Below the pieces are notes generated by a model. It ran no database searches. It was not told the DNA's origin and saw only the letters and a program-made list of their open reading frames with translations. Positions 1 through 11,043 of a stretch of 64,000 bases of DNA are shown here, one piece after another. The DNA is from Oculina patagonica (taxonomy: Eukaryota). The translations under genes and the position numbers were made by a program. Location of the stretch: the NCBI RefSeq assembly GCF_052425735.1, contig NC_135759.1:8804001-8868000 (forward strand), given 5' to 3'. Each line of letters opens with the position of its first letter. The stretch's first letter is position 1.

Positions 1-974
1 AGACCCAGGGGAAGTTAGTGGGGGCGATGGGCAGCTTATCGGGACAACGGGATTTTCGGGCGAAAGTTTACAACATAGAGCGTAACAGCCCCTGGGCACT
101 TTGTCTTACCGAACCAGTTCCAGAAGCGTTTGAACTCCTTCCTCCTGATTGGCCACAAAAATATTTTTGTGGCCAATCAGCGACGAGGACCGGCCAGGAG
201 ACTCTGATGTCTTCTTACACGAAGTTGTTTTCCTCATAGACTCGTCGTGGATGCTCTGCCCATCAATCGGATGCTATTACATGGAGAGTCTCAGAAAAAA
301 ATAAGCCTTAGACGACTGCCAGTTCTACACTGTTAGTTGCGCGCTTTTTAATAGTTATTCAAGTAAACAACAATTCTTATTATTTTTCTCGGTCTTTGCC
401 CGACTTTTGGAACTTGCCACGGTCTGGGTACTTCACTGCACGGGCCACGCGTTAGCGAAGATATCGCTGTCGTCACCTATTGTTATTTTGTTGCCAGCTT
501 GACTGTTGAAACAAAGGGTTTTTGTTTAATTTGTTGGATATTTAAATAACAAAAACAAAACTTATAAACAAGAGGTGCTCGCGTATAGCTTTAAAAACTT
601 TTGGTTTCCTTGCGCTATGCTACATTTAACATATTCCCAGGCCTCGTTGTTTTGTTTTTGTTTTGCTTTTTTATCTAAGACCCACGTAGTGTCATCCGAT
701 GGACGGGCTTAACAACAACGACGAGTCAATGAGGAAAACAACTTCGTGTAAGAAGACGTCAGAGTCGCTCTTCTGGTCAACCTCGCTGATTGGCCACAAA
801 AATATTTTTGTGGCCAATCAAGGGGAAGGAGTTCAAACGCTTCTGGAACTGGTTCGGTAAGACAAAGTGCCCAGGGGCTGTTACGCTCTATGTTGTAAAC
901 TTTCGCCCGAAAATCCCGTTGTCCCGATAAGCTGCCCGTCGCCCCCACTAACTGCCCCTGGGTCTCCGAGGATG
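1..974. mobile_element. Foldback/MITE-like element with ~250-bp terminal inverted repeats; left end cut by the window edge
   Basis: 1-~248 is the near-perfect reverse complement of ~718-965, which is why the ORF track shows mirror ORFs 18..239(+) and 709..948(-). The right end reads GGGTCTCCGAGGATG (974). Each arm contains the palindrome (C)TGATTGGCCACAAAAATATTTTTGTGGCCAATCA(G). Confidence 0.85.
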
Positions 975-1347
975 GACAACGGACACTTTGAAATCATTAA
1001 CGGACACTTGAGAAGTGTTTTTTATCATGCTTTATTATTGAAAATACTTCCAAACCATAGGTCGTATCGACCTAAAACAAAGTTAGTCAGCGCCCTAAGG
1101 ATACGTGTCAGACCAAGCTTACTAACCAGAAACAATGACGCTTTAACGGATTACTTCTCTGCTTACGTGTATGGACACTAAAGAGGTCGTTTTCTACTTA
1201 CAGTATTATAGTTTGTAGCTCTTAATTTTTGCTTTAACAAGCAAATACGGCCTTTTATTATTTTAGTCTTGTTGCAGTTAGTAAAGGTTTGTTGCATTGT
1301 TTCAAGGTTTAGCTTCATTATCTCAGAATTACTGGTGTCACGTTACC

Positions 1348-1433
1348 TCGACTCTCTACAAGACGGACACCTCTCTAAGACGGACAGTTGCGGCCGGTCC
1401 CGAAGGTGTCCGTCTTAGAGAGAGTTGACTGTA
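1348..1433. mobile_element. Short Tc1/mariner-type MITE remnant (CAGTC..GACTG-TA family)
   Basis: CTCTCTAAGACGGACAC is inverted against GTGTCCGTCTTAGAGAGAG and the element ends AGAGTTGACTGTA. A related copy lies at ~60490-60581. Confidence 0.55.
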
Positions 1434-2066
1434 ACACGAAAACAGAAGATAGAGTAGCGTTTACAAAACAACGCTGAAGCATAGCGCTCCTCTTTGCATA
1501 AATTAAAATGTCATCCGAACGCGCGAGAAATTTGACACTGTACTATTTTCTGAACAGTACGATCCGTGTGAAATCGTGTCACGCATGTCACGCAACCTAA
1601 TTTTATCCGCAATGGATGCTTTACAAGGTAATCCGGTTTCATTTCATTATCATTCATATTTTATTTTTGAAATGCATATTGAGCAAAATACACTGACGAA
1701 TTTATTTTTCCTTTGGTACTGATCGCTTTAGCCCTTTCAAATGTAAGGCGTGAAGGTCAACTCTGCATGTGACCTGCATATCAGTATGCAAAGTAAACTA
1801 TGTACTGTATTCATAACATGCGCGTTCATATATCAGTCCGTTTAGACATGTACAGAACAAGCTAAGGTGAAAAAAGAAAGAAAATAAACAAATTATTTAT
1901 TTAATATCATTTAGGATAGCTGATAATATTAAGTAACAAATCATGACTCTGTAAATATATCTGTCAAAACACTGCAACGTTATGTTGGCCTTTTCAAACA
2001 AATTTATGCAAAAAGGAGCGCTATGCTTTAGCGTTTTTTTTTTTTGTAAACGCTACTCTACCTTCT

Positions 2067-2325
2067 GTTTTCGTTTTAGACCAGTGGGTCTTCGTTTTAG
2101 ACCGATGGGTCTTCGTTTTAGACCAGCGGGTCTTCGTCTAAGACCACTGGGTCTTCGTTTTATACCGATGGGTCTACGTTTTAGACCGATGGGTCTTCGT
2201 TTTAGACCGGTGGGTCTTCGTTTTAGACCGGTGGGTCTTCGTTTTAGACTATTGGGTCTTCGTTTTAGACCGCATAGTCTTTGGTCTTCGGTCTTCGTTT
2301 TTGGGTCTTCGTTTTCGACACATCC
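2067..2325. repeat. 21-bp minisatellite (~10 copies of GGTCTTCGTTTTAGACCNNTG)
   Basis: Tandem array is directly visible and produces the spurious LRFRPxG repeat in ORF 1982..2518. Confidence 0.9.
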
Positions 2326-2410
2326 GACAATTGCAATACTTTTCTCGTGTTTTCTTTTCTACGCCCTAATAAGAGATGATACTATCCCTGCAAGTTTTAT
2401 TTTCAGTCTT

Positions 2411-2758
2411 AATGAAGATGAAGTGTTCAACATGACTCGAGCATGGGACAAAGAAAAATTCTGTGTCCCCGACGGGAATCGAACCCATGGCCTCCCAGAT
2501 ACCGGTTGGGCGCTCTAACCAACTGAGGTACGAGAGACTCGTTGTGAGCTGGGCCATTTTACTAGGTTGATAAGTGACACGCGTCCTGCATACTGCTAGG
2601 ATCAGCAATGTCGAATTCATCAAGTTTGTAGCAAATAAAAAAGATGGTAAATTTTAAGCTCGGTAATAAATAATGAAGATGAAGTGTTCAACATGACTCG
2701 AGCATGAGACAAAGAAAAATTCTGAGTCCCCGACGGGAATCGAACCCATGCCCTCCCG
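2411..2758 (-). repeat. 261-bp tandem unit (1.3 copies) containing a tRNA-like cloverleaf (pseudo-tRNA at ~2465-2538)
   Basis: AATGAAGATGAAGTGTTCAACATGACTCGAGC starts at both 2411 and 2672. The minus strand reads GTCTCTCGTACCTCAGTTGGTTAGAGCGCCCAACCGGTATCTGGGAGGCCATGGGTTCGATTCCCGTCGGGGAC with A- and B-box motifs. The anticodon loop CCGGTAT lacks U33. Confidence 0.75.
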
Positions 2759-2908
2759 GTCTTCAGTCTTCTTTCACAGCCAAACACTTTCACGTTCTTT
2801 AATTATATTTGCCTGCTGAATATTTAATGCAACGATGGATACCTAAATACAAACTTAAGGTTATTCTTCCTGAATTGTAATGTTTTACACATAAGCGACT
2901 TTATTAGT

Positions 2909-3054
2909 AGCCTGAAGCAGGCTCCCGATCTGATCGACGAGCGAAGCGAGTCGAGAAGGGCCTGGGGGAGGAATAACTCACTTCCCCCTCCCCCTCCTTT
3001 CTCTTCCCGCTTTCTTTTTGCTCAATCCTTGCCCAATGAGCCTGTTCACAGTTA
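2909..3054. mobile_element. Small MITE-like element with TAGCCTG..AGGCT / AGCCTGTTCACAG ends
   Basis: Imperfect terminal inverted repeats; internal GGGGGAGG/CCCCCTCC arms. Confidence 0.4.
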
Positions 3055-3063
3055 GTTAGTTAT

Positions 3064-3139
<76 letters not shown>

Positions 3140-3337
3140 CTAGCTAGCTAGNNNNNNNNNNNNNNNNNNNNNNNNNNNNNNNNNNNNNNNNNNNNNNNNN
3201 NNNNNNNNNNNNNNNNNNNNNNNNNNNNNNNNNNNNNNNNNNNNNNNNNNNNNNNNNNNNNNNNNNNNNNNNNNNNNNNNNNNNNNNNNNNNNNNNNNNN
3301 NNNNNNNNNNNNNNNNNNNNNNNNNNNNNNNNNAGTA

Positions 3338-3399
<62 letters not shown>

Positions 3400-3415
3400 C
3401 TAGCTAGCTAGCTAG
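3051..3415. repeat. (TAGT)n/(TAGC)n microsatellite interrupted by an assembly gap
   Basis: Visible at 3051-3151 and 3334-3415 on either side of N-runs. Confidence 0.95.
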
Positions 3416-3898
3416 NNNNNNNNNNNNNNNNNNNNNNNNNNNNNNNNNNNNNNNNNNNNNNNNNNNNNNNNNNNNNNNNNNNNNNNNNNNNNNNNNNNNN
3501 NNNNNNNNNNNNNNNNNNNNNNNNNNNNNNNNNNNNNNNNNNNNNNNNNNNNNNNNNNNNNNNNNNNNNNNNNNNNNNNNNNNNNNNNNNNNNNNNNNNN
3601 NNNNNNNNNNNNNNNNNNNNNNNNNNNNNNNNNNNNNNNNNNNNNNNNNNNNNNNNNNNNNNNNNNNNNNNNNNNNNNNNNNNNNNNNNNNNNNNNNAGN
3701 NNNNNNNNNNNNNNNNNNNNNNNNNNNNNNNNNNNNNNNNNNNNNNNNNNNNNNNNNNNNNNNNNNNNNNNNNNNNNNNNNNNNNNNNNNNNNNNNNNNN
3801 NNNNNNNNNNNNNNNNNNNNNNNNNNNNNNNNNNNNNNNNNNNNNNNNNNNNNNNNNNNNNNNNNNNNNNNNNNNNNNNNNNNNNNNNNNNNNNNAAA

Positions 3899-4112
3899 AG
3901 GCGCGTTTACACGACTGAAAAATTTGGGTACGGACCCGTCAAAAAATTGGTCCGGACCTAACCACTTTTGTAGAGAAACAGTTAAATCAAAACGGGGCCA
4001 TAGGCGCCTATGGCCTCGTTTTGATTTAACTGTTTCTCTACAAAAGTGGTCAGGTCCGGACCAATTTTTTGACGGGTCCGTACCCAAATTTTTCAGTCGT
4101 GTAAACGCGCCT
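3899..4112. mobile_element. 214-bp near-perfect palindromic MITE with PIF/Harbinger-like GGCGCGTTTACAC ends
   Basis: Symmetric about 4005/4006 (ATAGGCGCCTAT) with only a couple of mismatches. It explains mirror ORFs 3924..4124 and 3404..4087. Superfamily assignment is inference. Confidence 0.85.
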
Positions 4113-6698
4113 CTAGATCGCTAGTACCTTCCCAATGATGTGACCTTGTGCCGCGTATCGTGCTCACTGCCCTGCGCTGTCTCTTCGAGTCTCTGTATAG
4201 TATTTGTTTCTTTTTCTATTTCTCCACGGGAAGTTAACACGGAAACCAGCTCGAGAAACTCAAACTAGAATTGAAACGTTTCCAATTCTATTATCTATAA
4301 CGGTACTAAACCCGAAAATTTACTTCAACAATTTGCCTTGCATGCCTTGTTCGTTTTCCAAGTCCCACATGAACGTCATCAGCAGGGCTTTAAACCATTC
4401 AGTGCTTGGCACTAACTATGGCACTAACTTTGGTTAAGAAGGAAAAAAACACCAGTATTCGATTCGGCGAAAGTATGTCACGCTACAGTTTAATTAAGTG
4501 TTCCGGTATTTTCGAGTATTTGATAGAGAAAAAACCGCCAATCTGTGACGTGCAAACATTAATCCTCTTTTCTTGCCCAAAGTAACTTTAGTTTTTTTAG
4601 GATTGATACTTAACATCCATGAATTGCAATAGGAAGATAACATATTTAGGCAATTTTGTAATCCTATTTTGGATCTTGATAATATTACGGGAAAAACGGG
4701 ACGAAACTAAACCCTCTTTCCGCGGTATTTCACTTGCTACTGACTCATCTAAGTGATCTGACACCTGTTAGTTCAAGTAACAATGTTTTACACATTGGAT
4801 GCTAGATGCAAATTTTACAAATACAAGGCTCGACAGATAGGATCGTTTCTTTTTTTTTTTTTTCGTACAAATCTTTTTTTCAAGTCTCAACTTCAATACT
4901 CTCACTTAACACCCTTTAGGTATCTGATTTAGTGCAACAGTAATGCGATCGTAACATTTTTAATTAATTATATGAAGCAGGCGGCGAACTGGCCGCCTGG
5001 CCATGTTATTTACTATTTTTAGCTAGAGTTTTCCCTGTGCCTTTTAACACGATTGCATGCAGACACAGTATCAGTTAGTTATGTCAGTTATATCGCGTCC
5101 ACATCTTCCAGCTTTGGCTTAGATTTAAATCAAAACCGGCAAATGGGTACTTATTCATTTAGTGATTTTAATCAGACAAAGCTGGATAAGATTCAGGATT
5201 GTCAGTTCCGATCTCTCTTTTGCACTGAGATGTTTTGCCAAAATCATCCTGACCCAGCTCCATTTTCTGTTCGTTTCTAAATCCCTTCTATTTGGACGGA
5301 AGCAAACATTTACAACAATTACTATATGTAATTAATCGTACAAGTATCGAAAGCCTGAAGTCTTGGCATGGTCCCACTTAAAACCGCTCCGTCTAGAATT
5401 GATGATCAGTCCCTGAGATTCCATAAAAAGTGTTGAATAGTGGCGTTTTGCCATCGAATTATTCATTCTTAATCTTTATGTCGAAATACGTTTCTGTATA
5501 TATTTGTCGTAATCTGTTTGATTCCAGCATAAAATACTTTTCATCCAATTCCGAACTACGAGTTTAGAAAGGTCGAAAAATGGTTGATCCTGCGTTAATC
5601 GGAACTTAGACACTGCTATTTATTGCCATTTCGAAGGCGGAAGGACAAACTAGATTCACAAAGACTATGAGTGGCAAACCCACATAAATTGTCAAATATT
5701 GTGATAATATTGACGACTCAAACCTTAATTTTTTGTCAGGCAATCCAGTTTGTTCACGGATGTGGAACGTTTATACAGGAGTCGATCCTCGTTAAAGTTG
5801 TTACGGAACGTTTTTCGGTAAAAAAAAAAAGGTAGATTTTGAAACAACACAATATTCTGTTATCGTAAAGCTAGTGTATAGGTGTTTTACACCTGCTCTT
5901 AGAACAAAGCCTTCGAATAAGTTATGAGCTCCAGGTTTTAAGGGCGTGAAAAGTAATATCCTTAGAATTTTCTATATTTGTAATAGCTTTCGTAAGTCAA
6001 ACTGAGTTGTCGAAACGCTATTGGCTACAACTGGTATATGACAATTGTCCTTTTTGTAATAACTTTGAGTTCTGCCTGTAAGCGAGTGAGTCAAGATCGC
6101 CATTAAACGCCATGTTCCTTGATGATGTTTTGGTCCACTTGATATAAAAGATCCCGGAAGGTGGCAGGGCACTTCCCGCTCAGCCATAGATTTAAATCCC
6201 CGAAAAAGCCCCTGCTACAAAGTACTGTACCCAAGAAGTTTTTTGGTATTATATTGTTCAGTCAACACAAATCGAAAACGCTTGTTGCCATTAGCATGAT
6301 TTCGAATTTTGGTTGTCTTTTTGTAAGCCGCTATGTCACAAAGTGATTAATAATTGTTGATAAAAAGTAAAGTTTTGATCAAGAAAAACAAATAGTTTTC
6401 AGTCGGCCGTAAAAATGTTTCTGGGTTTCTCTTAACTGGCGAGGAATGATATGAAAGGCGGGCGGCCCAAGAGGTTAGTTTCTGATATTAGAGGGGTTCG
6501 TTATATCCCAGTTCATTAAAACTCCGTGATGGTTGCACTATGTTACCTTCCCATAGGTGGCCCTTCCACTGAGCTATAAGGGAGACTCGGGAATTGGGCC
6601 ACTTTTAAAAACAAAACTGTAAGCACGACCTTCGTAAAAGCAAAATGAATCGCTCATATTCTATATCTCAAACCTTTCGTTCAATTTTTTTCTGTTAG

Positions 6699-9600
6699 GA
6701 AATCACGGAGACGTTAAGGCTTTTGACGGCCCAGGGAATGCTGTAGCTCACGCTTTCTACCCTGATAACGGAGGAGACATTCACTTTGATGATGACGAGA
6801 ATTGGACTATCGACTTTTTACTGCCGACTGCAGTACATGAGATAGGCCACAGCCTGGGACTGCGCCATTCTAATGTGCCAGGTTCTGTCATGACTTCATT
6901 TACAACCAACTTAAACAGCAAAGTCGTTCTATCTGATGACGATGTCAACGGTATCCGCTCAATTTATGGTATGTGACACTTCCGGTTGCAGCATTATGAA
7001 ACTAATAATAATAATAATAATTTATACATTTATATAGCGCTAAAACTATAAATATTCTAAAGCGCTGTTTACAATATGTAAAAATAATATAAAAATATAA
7101 AAATTAGAATGAACCTACATACAAATCAAACTAGAAAAAGTGTGATTGAAAAGTTAAAACGCTTAAACGCGAAATGCTTTCTTAAAAAGGAAAGTCTTCA
7201 ATTGACTTTTAAAAGTCTCCACTGATGACGCTTTGCGAATGTCAACAGGAAGCTCATTCCACAGGGAGGGGCCTTCCTTGGCAAAGGCTCTATCCCCCAA
7301 AGTTTTCAGCATTGTCTTAGGGACAACTAGCATATCATGGCCATCGGAACGCAGGTTGTACCGACCAACAGGCTTGGCCTTCAAAAGGCCAGAGATGTAA
7401 GGCGGAGCTTTCGCATGAAGGGCCTTTGTGTTGACTGAACAGACGTATGGTGAGATCTTCAGAATTGAACTCCTGAGAACTAATAAAATTAAAAAAGCTA
7501 CTTTCACATAAAGAAAGATAACACCCTCAATGACCCTTACCACTGACGGCTACAGGTCAACAAACACAGCCCCAGAATTAAAAGAAAATACAAGACGTAA
7601 ACGGTTATTTATTGTTAAATTAAAACACGAAAGAAGCACCGAGGAAATTAGAGAAATAAATTTATTGGGTACCTTTGTTGGATCATGAGCTACTGTAATA
7701 TATAAATTTAGGCAAGCCTAAAAGCGGAGCTCCCCATTTATTTAATTTTCACTGAAGCTAACAAGGTTGTCATTCTGGTGAATATTATAAAGCGGCCAAA
7801 GCACTAATGTAAACGGTGGTTTCATGGATGCACTGAAACACATTTTTAAAACTCGCTCACGGTTAAACTGAATATCTGCGGTGCGAGAAAAATAATAATC
7901 TTAAAGCAGAGCAAATGTAACTCATGGCACGAGAAATTACTTAAGAGTACAGTAAATTCTCTGCTTTCTAGCAATAGAAAATAGTTTAGCGATTCTGTTA
8001 TAGTTTTGCTTACAAAAGAGACGCGGAATTTTTTGTGGTTAAGTATCCCCGTCTCACTTTTCTGGCCTGTGGTTATTGAAATTAATTGACATCGCTGCAC
8101 TCAACTCGGTTGCTCACGTACGCACGTACGCATCAAAAACTTTAAACTTTTATCTCTTGCCTTTTACACAGTTTGAACAACTTTTACTGTTCACTAAATT
8201 ATCTCTACGAAATATTCAGTGTAAAAGTAAACTTAATTGAGGCAAATAAATTTGTTTGCAATTACTTAAAAAACTCTGAGTCAGTTGTAATCACAGCTCG
8301 CGCTCGAAATACATGTAGATGGGGTATTAAACATTATTTTCAGAGCAAGTTTATAGTTTAAATAAATTAATTTTGGTCGAGCTTTCTGCTTTGTCGTCGT
8401 TAAGCACTTTGGAAATTTTCACTTAAATATACTGTATGAATTTTTTCTGCGAGAAAATTTACGGCTTTAAGTCGGAATAAACTTACAACAATATGAATGA
8501 AACTCACACCTGTCAGGACATCACGACAAGGGATAAAAAAATCAAACTACGGCCAAAGAATATCAACTTACGGCAATAGACAATCAGTAAACCGATAGCA
8601 AAATAAAACCAACTCAGGGTAACAAAAAGAGTCAACTCGTGTAAGCGTAAATGTACCACAGAAGCGCCGACTAAATGAAGGCAAAAGCGGCAAAGTATTT
8701 ACGAAAAGATCCAAACCTAGCCGATACAAATCATCTTGAAACTGCGTTCAGAAAGTAAAAACATTTTTTGTCGTAAAATTAGGCTAAGTAATTCAGTAGA
8801 GTTTGTTACCTTACATCAGGGACTTGTTCTTAACTTCAGGGGACTTGATCCATGCATCAATGCATGCTTCGTTTCAACACAATCATTTTAGCTTAATTGT
8901 ATATTCTTGATGATGACAACCGCAGGCAGATTCAACCGTAGACAAGCAAACTGGACTTACACAGGGAATATATCTTTCAACAACGCAATTATTTGGAGTC
9001 CTCGTATTCTCGTTTGTTACAACGTCACGGAATATAGACGATTTCTCTGAGACTTCTGAGCACATCGTACAATAAATAGTTTGGGAAAAAGTCCTGTGTC
9101 GCTCCACTTACTCGCGATTCATTCAATCTCGGCACAGTTAACACCGCGCAACAAATTTTGCCGCGCTTTCATACCATCACTTCGTTTAGATCTAACTGAA
9201 ACGTCCACATCATCCAGTCGATAAAAAATTAGTCATTTGCTTGTTTTAGAGTTCCGAAAAATGCGACCAGAACCAATAAAATTAACCTGTTCAGCTGTCG
9301 AAAGAGAGCAACAGTTTTTTGCGTTAACACCAAATATACGCACTGAGATTTCGATACAATCACTTTGAGGGTAAACAAAATAGAGCAGTTGGATAATAAG
9401 TCTCTCAGACGTTTTGCTGTGTAGTGTCTCTGAGTAATCTTTCCCGTTGTCTGTATTTTGACTTACCCTGCAAGCTTTATTTGCAGTTTGTTATTTTCTT
9501 ACTTTCCTTTAACCACGGGCGACCTCGTTCCCAGGCCTAATCCGTGTGTAAGTACGGTCGGACGGTCGGTTCGGACGGTCACGTGACAGCCAAAATTTTT

Positions 9601-10506
9601 CGGCTCGATGGTTTACCAAAAATTCTAAGGTATGAGGGTACGCTCGCGCGCCTTCGGCACGCGCGGGAGCTCCGCTATAAAACATCTTTAAATGGGTATC
9701 TGTAGACGAGACTCTTATTGGCGACAATTAGACACGCCTAATATGATTTCCGAACCTTCGTTTTTTATCAAAACCCATTCTTGCAGCATTTAAAGATTGA
9801 CACCATTATATTTGTAACAAACCATTTTTTTCTCCAAAGAAATCCTACTATTTTGTCAGGCTATGTTTACTAAAAAGTAGTTTTCTATTCTCTCTTTGAA
9901 GGTTACTGTAGGCCTACAGTGACTGCCATTGAATACTGGATGGGCGATGGTAGAACTTACATTTTCAACGGGGGTAGTTTCTGGCGTCTCAACGACGCAA
10001 AAGACGAGAGCGAACGTGGCTACCCAAAGACAGTCAATCCGTCATGGGGAAATGTCCCAGATGACATCGATGAAGTTTTTCTCTGGGGTCACAACTGGAA
10101 TACCTATTTTTTCAAAGGACATATGTATTACAAGTATAACGATGACCAGAAAGTAGTGGAAACGAACTATCCTAGAAACATCTCGCAAGGATGGCCTGGA
10201 CTGCCGGCAGATGGAATTGATGCCGGGTTTACTTGGAGTAAAGACAGAAGCTACTTTTTTAAAGGTGACCAAGTGTACTTATATGATAACATCAATGACC
10301 AAGTCGCCTTTGGATACCCCAGACCGATTAGTGAGGTATGGCCCGGTCTCCCTAATAACATCGATAGTGTTTTTCTGTGGTATTATGACGGTGTCTCGTA
10401 CTTCTTCAAAGGCCATTATTATTATTGGTGGGATGATGTTACCCACGTTGCAAAGGGTCCCTTTTTTATCGGCAAAACCGAATGGAAGAACGTATGTAAA
10501 GTTTAG
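6699..10506 (+). CDS. Matrix metalloproteinase (M10A), last two coding exons: 6699-6968 (catalytic) and 9902-10506 (four hemopexin repeats); 5' exons not located
   Basis: Exon 6699-6968 (ttag|...g|gtatgt) encodes [36 protein letters not shown]...[12 protein letters not shown]...SVM (HExxHxxGxxH plus Met-turn). It joins in phase 1 to the exon at 9902, giving [12 protein letters not shown]...YFFKG repeats...WKNVCKV*, with both hemopexin cysteines present. Confidence 0.93.
7003..7430 (-). mobile_element. 5'-truncated L2/CR1-group LINE 3' end in the MMP intron
   Basis: ORF 7163..7543 encodes APPYISGLL...YNLRS...GDRAF...[11 protein letters not shown]...[10 protein letters not shown], the typical ORF2 C-terminus. 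It is followed by an AGCGCT..AGCGCT stem-loop and a (TTA)n tail. Confidence 0.85.
7699..9678 (-). mobile_element. Non-autonomous Helentron-type element (HINE/DINE-1-like), ~2 kb
   Basis: Subterminal inverted repeats AGCGGAGCTCCC (7723-7734) and GGGAGCTCCGCT (9665-9676); 3' hairpin TTTAGGCAAGCCTAAA (7707-7722); GC-rich hairpin and a (GGAC/GGTC)n microsatellite near the 5' end (9555-9580); T/A-run flanks. Confidence 0.7.
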
Positions 10507-10721
10507 GTGAGATTTAAACTCGTGATTAAACTCATTTCTAGCCTTTTTACAGTACACGTACCTAGACTTGCTCCAAGTCGCTCGTTAGATTCGCAGGAGA
10601 TTGCTGGATAGGGAAACCGAGGGCGCGGGCTTGAAAACCAAAATTTAGTGTCATTTAGTGTGCTTCGTGCATCACGCACGGACAAAAAATTCTGCGCGGT
10701 CACTCGCGCGCGATTTTTAAG

Positions 10722-11043
10722 CCCGGGGGACTGGGCATAGGATGTGCCGCCCGATAGGTGTGAGGTTCCAGTCCTTAAATAGGGTATCTCTTTTGCTCTT
10801 TTGCTGTGCGTGACAGAAGGACCAATCATCAGCAAACGCCCAGCAAACGAAAGGCATCCTTCAAGTGTTAGTAAAGCATTTTTTTTTTTTAAAGATTTTT
10901 TTTTTGGTGCCGGTGAGCCGTATTGCGTCGTCACGGAACGCCCCCGAAAGGGTGTTAGGGCCAAAGGGATCTTTTCGCATCCTAAAGGGCAGGGAAGAAC
11001 CCGGGCGGCACACACCACCGAATATGGAGCCCCCCCCCCCGGG
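10722..11043. mobile_element. MITE with CCCGGGGG...CCCCCGGG termini and possible 4-bp TSD (TAAG)
   Basis: Inverted ends, including TGTGCCGCCCG / CGGGCGGCACA; TAAG occurs on both flanks. Confidence 0.55.

Noticed and set aside
18-948. Near-identical ORFs 18..239(+) and 709..948(-) as duplicated genes
   Set aside because: They are the two arms of an inverted repeat, start at non-ATG codons and have no domain signal.
1558-1627. Possible upstream MMP exon (aacag|...caag|gtaatc; YDPCEIVSRMSRNLILSAMDALQ)
   Set aside because: Splice signals and phase fit, but the peptide does not resemble an MMP pro- or catalytic region. No cysteine-switch exon was found in 1-6698; it may lie upstream or in the gaps.
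1982-2518. ORF with LRFRPxG repeats as a neuropeptide-like precursor, or the array as CRISPR
   Set aside because: It is the translation of a 21-bp minisatellite running into a tRNA-like repeat. Spacers are only 4 nt, there are no cas genes, and the context is eukaryotic.
2465-2538. Functional tRNA gene
   Set aside because: No U33, mismatched D and anticodon stems, and embedded in a repeat unit; treated as a pseudo-tRNA.
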